DNA of 64,000 nucleotides from Clostridium sp. 26_21 (GTDB lineage Bacteria; Bacillota; Clostridia; TANB77; CAG-508): NCBI GenBank assembly GCA_001915995.1, contig MNRO01000022.1, positions 10,546 to 74,545 of the forward strand, read 5' to 3'. Shown piece by piece: positions 58,793 to 64,000 of this stretch (position 1 is its first letter; each line of letters starts with the position of its first letter). The notes under the pieces were generated by a model. It saw only the letters and a program-made list of their open reading frames with translations, ran no database searches and was not told where the DNA came from. The position numbers and the translations under genes were made by a program.

Positions 58793-60046
58793 ATGGAATA
58801 TATATATATACTAAAGCAAGCACTTATATGTGTATTAACAGTATTTTGGTGTTATCAATTTGCAATAAGTTTATGTGCATTAGTTAAATTAAAAGATAAA
58901 CCATATTTAGTAAATAAAAATCATAAATTTATGGCAATAATACCAGCACATAATGAAGAAATGGTAGTTGGAAATTTAATAGAGAGCCTAAAAAATCAAA
59001 CATATGACAAAAATTTATATGACATATATGTAATAGCAGATAACTGTACAGATAAAACTGCAGAAGTAGCCAGAAAAGCTGGTGCAATAGTATATGAAAG
59101 ATTTGATAGTACACATAAAACAAAAGGATATGCATTACAATGGTTTTTAAAACAAAAAATAGCAGAAAATGCTGATTATGATGCATTCTTTGTATTTGAT
59201 GCAGATAATATTGTTGATAAAAATTTTATAATAAATATGAACAAAAAATTATGTCAAGGAGAAGAAGTTGTTCAAGGATATAGAGATATAAAAAATCCAA
59301 CAGATAACTGGATAACAGCAGGATATGCATTATTTTATTGGACAATGCACAGAATGTACCATTTAGCAAGATATAATATAGGATTATCACCACTATTAAA
59401 TGGAACAGGATTTATGGTAAAATTTGATATAGTAAAACCAAATGGATGGGAAACAGAAACACTAACAGAAGACATTGAATTTTCATTAAAACAAATAATT
59501 CAAGGAAGAAAATTAGGTTGGGCAACAGATGCAATAGTATATGATGAACAACCAACATCATTTAAACAATCATGGTCACAAAGAAGTAGATGGACAGTAG
59601 GCCATATGCAATGCTTAAAAGTATATACAGGTCAATTATATAAAGCTGTAAAAAAACATAAAACATTAATGAATTTTGATGGACTACTTTATATAGCTGG
59701 AACAACTCCAATGTTAGTATTAACATTTGGAATAATATTATTAAACTGTATAATGTATGCAGCACAAGCAATGTCAGCATGGTTATTTATAGTAAATATT
59801 TTAAACTATTTAATACCAACACTATTATTTCCAATATTTACAGCACTATTTGTAATGATATTAGAAAAGAAACCAATAAAACCAATGATAAAAGGATTAT
59901 TGTGTTATCCAGCATTTATGGGAACATGGGTAATAATAAACTTGAAATGTTTATTTAAAAGAGAAACAACATGGGAAAAAATAGATCATGTTAGAGATAT
60001 AAAAATAGCAGAAGTTAAAGAGGAAGAAGTTCCTGAAAAGATTTAA
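58793..60046 (+). CDS. membrane-embedded processive family-2 glycosyltransferase (cellulose/chitin/PNAG-synthase-like)
   Basis: Ordered motifs D (IADNCTD), DxD (FDADN), TED (TEDIEF) and Q(S)RSRW, with flanking TM helices. Confidence 0.75.
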   Translation: MEYIYILKQALICVLTVFWCYQFAISLCALVKLKDKPYLVNKNHKFMAIIPAHNEEMVVGNLIESLKNQTYDKNLYDIYVIADNCTDKTAEVARKAGAIVYERFDSTHKTKGYALQWFLKQKIAENADYDAFFVFDADNIVDKNFIINMNKKLCQGEEVVQGYRDIKNPTDNWITAGYALFYWTMHRMYHLARYNIGLSPLLNGTGFMVKFDIVKPNGWETETLTEDIEFSLKQIIQGRKLGWATDAIVYDEQPTSFKQSWSQRSRWTVGHMQCLKVYTGQLYKAVKKHKTLMNFDGLLYIAGTTPMLVLTFGIILLNCIMYAAQAMSAWLFIVNILNYLIPTLLFPIFTALFVMILEKKPIKPMIKGLLCYPAFMGTWVIINLKCLFKRETTWEKIDHVRDIKIAEVKEEEVPEKI

Positions 60047-60050
60047 AACT

Positions 60051-60077
60051 AAAGACACGTATAATCGTGTCTTTATC
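60051..60077 (+). terminator. hairpin AAAGACACG-tataat-CGTGTCTTT
   Basis: 9-bp perfect stem after the synthase gene. Confidence 0.45.
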
Positions 60078-60149
60078 ATGTAAATAAAGTGGAAAAATAA
60101 TCCACTTTTGTTTTACAAAAAAGATAAAAACTAAAATAGAGGAAAAAAT

Positions 60150-61001
60150 ATGGGATTTGAAAAAATCAAAGTATATGCATTTGTAGGACCATCTGGAACA
60201 GGAAAAAGTTATAGAGCACAGATGGTTGCAAGTGAAAATGATATAAACTTCATAATAGATGATGGATTACTTATAAAAGATAATGAAATTGTTGCAGGAT
60301 TATCTGCAAAAAAAGCACCAACAAAAATAGAAACAGTAAAACATGCATTATTTTTAAATAAAGAAGAACAAGATCAAATAGATAAAGCATTAAAAAAATA
60401 TAAACCTGAAAAAATATTAATATTAGGAACATCTGATGGAATGGTAGCCAAAATAGCAGAAAACTTAGGCTTACCACAAATATCAAAAACAACATATATA
60501 AATGAAGTAGCAACAGAAGAAGAAATGAAAACAGCAAGACATATTAGAGAAACACAAGGAAAACATGTAATACCAGTACCAACATTTGAACTAAAAAAAG
60601 ATTTTTCTGGATATTTATTAGATCCATTACAAATATTTAAATCAAAAGGAATTGGAGAAAAACCATATATATCAGAAAAAACAATAATAAGACCAACATT
60701 TAGCTATATGGGAAAATTCACAATATCTGACACAGTATTTAGACAAATAATGGAAAATGTTGCAAGAAAAATTCCAGAAATATATAAAGTTCAAAGAACA
60801 AGAGTAACAAGTTCTGCAGAAGGACCGAGTATCTATATGGAAGTAACAATAATATATGGTTGTAAAGTAAAAGATGTTTTAAGAGAATTTAAAGAAAGGG
60901 CAAAAAAGGAAATAGATAAATTAACATCAATGAATGTTGTATCATTAGAAGTAGTAGCTAAAAATGTCTATGTCCCAGAAAAAGAAAATGAAGAAAATTA
61001 A
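60150..61001 (+). CDS. hypothetical protein: N-terminal P-loop NTPase-like (GPSGTGKS), C-terminal Asp23/Gls24-like region
   Basis: Walker A motif. The C-terminal segment SIYMEVTIIYG...VVSLEVVAKNVYV resembles the Asp23 fold. Confidence 0.5.
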   Translation: MGFEKIKVYAFVGPSGTGKSYRAQMVASENDINFIIDDGLLIKDNEIVAGLSAKKAPTKIETVKHALFLNKEEQDQIDKALKKYKPEKILILGTSDGMVAKIAENLGLPQISKTTYINEVATEEEMKTARHIRETQGKHVIPVPTFELKKDFSGYLLDPLQIFKSKGIGEKPYISEKTIIRPTFSYMGKFTISDTVFRQIMENVARKIPEIYKVQRTRVTSSAEGPSIYMEVTIIYGCKVKDVLREFKERAKKEIDKLTSMNVVSLEVVAKNVYVPEKENEEN

Positions 61002-61602
61002 ATTATTTTTTAAACAGATAATTAGAATAATAGTAAGATTTGCTATAAAGCTGTATTTTGTAGTAATATATAGAGTAAAAGTTATTGGACAAGAAAACAT
61101 TCCAAAGAATAAAAAAGAGCCATTAATATATTGTGGAAATCATAGAACATATAAAGACCCACCATTAATAGTAGTAACAGCAAAAAGACATGTAAGATTT
61201 TTAGCAAAAGAAGAACTACGAAAAAACAAATTTTTTGCATTTCTTGGAGTTGTATTTGATGGAATATATGTTAAAAGAGACTCAAAAGATTTATCAGCCA
61301 TAAAAACAACATTAAAAGCATTAAAAAATGGTGAAAGTATAGCACTATTTCCAGAAGGAACAAGAAATGGGATAGAAAAAGGTGAAAAAGTAAAAGATGG
61401 TGCTGCATTTTTTGCTGTTAGAACTGGTGCCAAAGTTATTCCAGTAGGAATAAGTGGAGGGGAAAAGCCATTTAAACAAATGACAATTAGATATGGAAAA
61501 CCAATGGACTTTAGTGATAGAGATAAAAATGATAAAGAAGAACTTGATAAAATAACAGAAGAAATAATGGAAGAGATAATTAAATTAAGTAAAGAAAAAT
61601 AA
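60988..61602 (+). CDS. plsC: 1-acyl-sn-glycerol-3-phosphate acyltransferase
   Basis: GNHRTYKD (HxxxxD acyltransferase motif) and FPEGTRN. Start is uncertain among ATG 60964, 60970 and 60988. Confidence 0.7.
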   Translation: MKKIKLFFKQIIRIIVRFAIKLYFVVIYRVKVIGQENIPKNKKEPLIYCGNHRTYKDPPLIVVTAKRHVRFLAKEELRKNKFFAFLGVVFDGIYVKRDSKDLSAIKTTLKALKNGESIALFPEGTRNGIEKGEKVKDGAAFFAVRTGAKVIPVGISGGEKPFKQMTIRYGKPMDFSDRDKNDKEELDKITEEIMEEIIKLSKEK

Positions 61603-61667
61603 AAATGTTAATAAAACCAAAACACGAATAGTGCAAAAATCAAAGTAATAAAAGGAAGGAAATAAAA

Positions 61668-63436
61668 ATGAATAACAAAAATATAAGAAATATAGCAATT
61701 ATAGCACACGTTGACCATGGAAAAACAACATTAGTAGATGCATTATTAAGACAAAGCCATGTATTTAGAGATAATGAACAAGTAGCAGAAAGAGTAATGG
61801 ACTCAAATGACCAAGAAAAAGAAAGAGGAATTACAATATTAGCAAAAAATACAGCAGTTATGTTTAATGGAGTAAAAATTAATATAGTTGACACTCCTGG
61901 ACATGCTGATTTTGGTGGAGAAGTAGAAAGAGTTTTAAAAACAGTTGATGGAGTACTTTTATTAGTAGACGCATTTGAAGGAGCAATGCCACAAACAAGA
62001 GAAGTATTGAAAAAATCATTAGCAATGAATTTAAAACCAATTGTAGTAATAAACAAAATAGATAGACCTGGTGCAGAACCACAAAAAGTATTAGATGAAG
62101 TAATGGAATTATTCATAGAATTAGATGCAAATGATGATCAATTAGATTTCCCAGTAGTATATGCATCAGCTAAAAATGGAGTTGCAAAATTAAATTTAGA
62201 TGATCCAGATGGAGATTTAACATGTTTATTTGAAACAATAATAAACACAATTAAAGCACCAAACTGTGATGTAGAAGGACCTGCACAAATGTTAGTATCA
62301 AATATTGATTATGATGATTATGTAGGAAGAATTGCAGTAGGAAGACTTGAAAGAGGAACAATAAAAGTTGGTATGCCAGTAAGCATTTGTGAAAAAGACG
62401 ATAAAATATCACAAGGAAAAGTAGCAAAAGTTTATACACATATGGGATTAAAGAAAGTGGAAGTTGATGAAGCATCTGCTGGAGATATTATAGAATTAGC
62501 AGGACTTCCAAACATTCATATTGGAGATACAATATGTGATTTCAATAATCCAGAAAAAATACCATTTGTAGATATTGATGAACCAACAGTATCTATGACA
62601 TTTAGTGTAAACAATGGACCATTTGCAGGAAGAGAAGGAGAAATGTAAGCTTAAGAGTTGAAGAAACAGCATCACCTGATTCATTTATAGTATCAGGAAG
62701 AGGAGAATTACACTTATCAGTATTAATAGAAACAATGAGAAGAGAAGGATATGAATTATTAGTATCTAGACCAAAAGTAATCATGAAAGAAATTGATGGT
62801 GTAAAATGTGAACCAATTGAAAGATTAGTTGTAAACATTCCAGATGATTCAGTAGGAACAGTAATTGAAAAACTAGGAAGAAGAAAAGCTGAAATGGTTA
62901 ATATGGAACCAGCTGAAGCAGGACATACAAAAATCGAATTCAAGATTCCAGCAAGAGGATTAATTGGATATAGAACAGAGTTCCTTACAGATACAAAAGG
63001 TGAAGGAGTTATGAACAGTATATTTGATTGCTACGAACCATATAAAGGAGAAGTTGTAGCAAGAGTTAGAGGAACAATTGTAGCATTTGAAAATGGAACA
63101 TCAATAACATATGGATTATATAATGCACAAGACAAAGGAGAATTATTCATAGGACCTGGTGTTGATGTATATGAAGGAATGATAGTTGGATTAAATTCAA
63201 GGGGAGAAGATTTAGCAATAAATGTATGTAAAGAAAAACACTTAACAAACACAAGAGCTTCAGGATCTGATGATGCCTTAAGATTAGTACCACCAATTCA
63301 AATGTCACTTGAAAAAGCAATAGAATTTATCCAAGATGATGAATTAGTAGAAGTTACACCAAAATCAATAAGATTAAGAAAGAAAATCTTAGACAATAAA
63401 GAAAGAGAAAGAGCAGCAAGAAACACAAATAAATAA
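61668..63436 (+). pseudogene. typA: GTP-binding protein TypA/BipA interrupted by a frameshift near codon 327
   Basis: ORF 61668..62648 ends ...FAGREGEM*. Frame +2 continues NVSLRVEETASPDSFIVSGRGELHL... and runs into ORF 62735..63436. About 17 expected codons between GREGK and NVSLRV are missing. Confidence 0.6.
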
Positions 63437-63448
63437 GATATAGAATAA

Positions 63449-63495
63449 AGGCTGATTTAGTGAGATTAATTCTTATAATTAGCCTTTATTTTAAG
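63449..63495 (+). terminator. typA terminator
   Basis: AAAGGCT...AGCCTTT stem followed by ATTTT. Confidence 0.5.
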
Positions 63496-63510
63496 AAAGG
63501 AATGAGTTTT

Positions 63511-63837
63511 ATGGCAAAAAGGGATTGTAATAGAAAAGGTTATTTAAAAGGAAGTGTAAGAAGTAGAATTGTTTGTGAAAAACAATTATTTAGTATTGAA
63601 AAAACTATAAAAGATAAGAAAGACATAAGAAAACCACAATTAGGACCAAGAGCTTTAGCATGGAATGAATTCAAAAAAACTGGAAAAATAGACAGAGCAT
63701 ATGAAATGATTGCTGAAATATATGGGGAAAATACTTTTTCTAATAATGTTATACTTCAATGGATTAATGAAGAAATGCAAAAAGAAGAACAAAAAAGAAG
63801 AGATTTAAAAGATAATAGCTATGATGAGGCAAGATAA
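63511..63837 (+). CDS. hypothetical basic protein (108 aa)
   Basis: AAGAAAGG ribosome-binding site 10 nt before ATG 63511. No recognisable domain. Confidence 0.4.
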   Translation: MAKRDCNRKGYLKGSVRSRIVCEKQLFSIEKTIKDKKDIRKPQLGPRALAWNEFKKTGKIDRAYEMIAEIYGENTFSNNVILQWINEEMQKEEQKRRDLKDNSYDEAR

Positions 63838-63838
63838 A

Positions 63839-64000
63839 ATGAATAAAAAAGAATTAGAAAAAATAAAACAAAAAGCATTGGAAGAGCATATTCCAATAAT
63901 AATGGATGATACATTAGAGGTTGTAGATAAAATTTTAAAAGAAGTAAAACCAAAAAGAATATTAGAAATAGGAACAGCTGTTGGATATTCAGCAATGTGT
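63839..64000 (+). CDS. class I SAM-dependent O-methyltransferase (family 3), 5' part only
   Basis: ILEIGTAVGYSA methyltransferase motif I. ATG overlaps the upstream stop. The gene continues past the window end. Confidence 0.55.
   Translation, partial: MNKKELEKIKQKALEEHIPIIMDDTLEVVDKILKEVKPKRILEIGTAVGYSAMC

Noticed and set aside
115-62943. The ~90 minus-strand ORFs of 60-200 aa in the supplied track that lie inside + strand genes (e.g. 700..990, 4157..4420, 8513..8953, 30319..30735, 50196..50807, 61640..62116)
   Set aside because: They are Leu/Phe/Ile/Tyr-rich translations of the antisense strand of AT-rich coding DNA. They have no ribosome-binding sites and are fully overlapped by well-supported genes, so they are compositional artefacts.
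1-64000. CRISPR arrays, insertion sequences, integrases, phage structural genes, restriction-modification systems or other classical defence systems
   Set aside because: I found no regularly spaced short repeats, transposase or recombinase motifs, helicase or nuclease-rich operons, or methyltransferase/endonuclease pairs on either strand.

Overview
This is a chromosomal segment from an AT-rich (~26-28% G+C), low-GC anaerobe, with nearly all genes on the + strand. The gene content suggests a Clostridia- or Fusobacteria-like lineage, but it cannot be assigned from sequence alone.

Contents in order:

1. The 3' ~850 codons of a large CoA-enzyme-activase / 2-hydroxyacyl-CoA-dehydratase-like fusion protein (its start lies upstream of the window).
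2. A ~1.5 kb G+C-enriched insert (2.55-4.03 kb) carrying two paralogous small minus-strand genes. Each is driven by a perfect TTGACA-N17-TATAAT promoter sharing an identical 19-nt motif. Next to them is a compact module with the hallmarks of a par/Fst-like type I toxin-antitoxin locus: a small hydrophobic TTG-initiated ORF, a bidirectional terminator flanked by a 20-22 nt direct repeat, and a convergent antisense promoter.
3. A fatty-acid synthesis operon: acyl-CoA synthetase, birA-like, fabD, fabG, fabF, accB, fabZ, accC, accD, accA, fabI. It has no acpP, fabH or plsX.
4. minD, an extended minE, rodA and dus, with no adjacent minC.
5. A 765-aa lineage-specific coiled-coil protein translationally coupled to era, followed by yqzL and recO.
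6. A convergent G+C-rich small gene with a consensus promoter and an inverted repeat at its transcription start.
7. A ~32 kb mosaic cell-surface polysaccharide region (22.7-54.5 kb) interleaved with the housekeeping genes mreB, rpsT, rpiB, hslO and ppaC. It contains:
   - at least 9 family-2 glycosyltransferase (GT2) genes;
   - a Wzm/Wzt (TagG/TagH-like) ABC exporter with two extra genes inserted between its halves;
   - a Wzx-like flippase;
   - a Gtr-like GT-C/GtrB/GtrA module;
   - an ADP-heptose pathway (hldE, gmhA, gmhB) plus a GT9 heptosyltransferase;
   - galE, a WecA/TagO-like initiating transferase and a pyruvyl transferase;
   - a six-repeat secreted M14-peptidase protein.
8. A VanW-family protein and tRNA-Tyr.
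9. A prepilin-like-leader/DUF285 leucine-rich-repeat surface protein, a hydrolase-like secreted protein paired with a processive GT2 synthase, a P-loop/Asp23-like fusion protein coupled to plsC, a frame-disrupted typA/bipA, and the 5' end of an O-methyltransferase gene.

No CRISPR array, transposase or phage structural genes were seen. Coordinates follow the supplied ORF track, with start codons adjusted where a ribosome-binding site argued for it. All homology calls are from motif recognition by eye; no database search was run.
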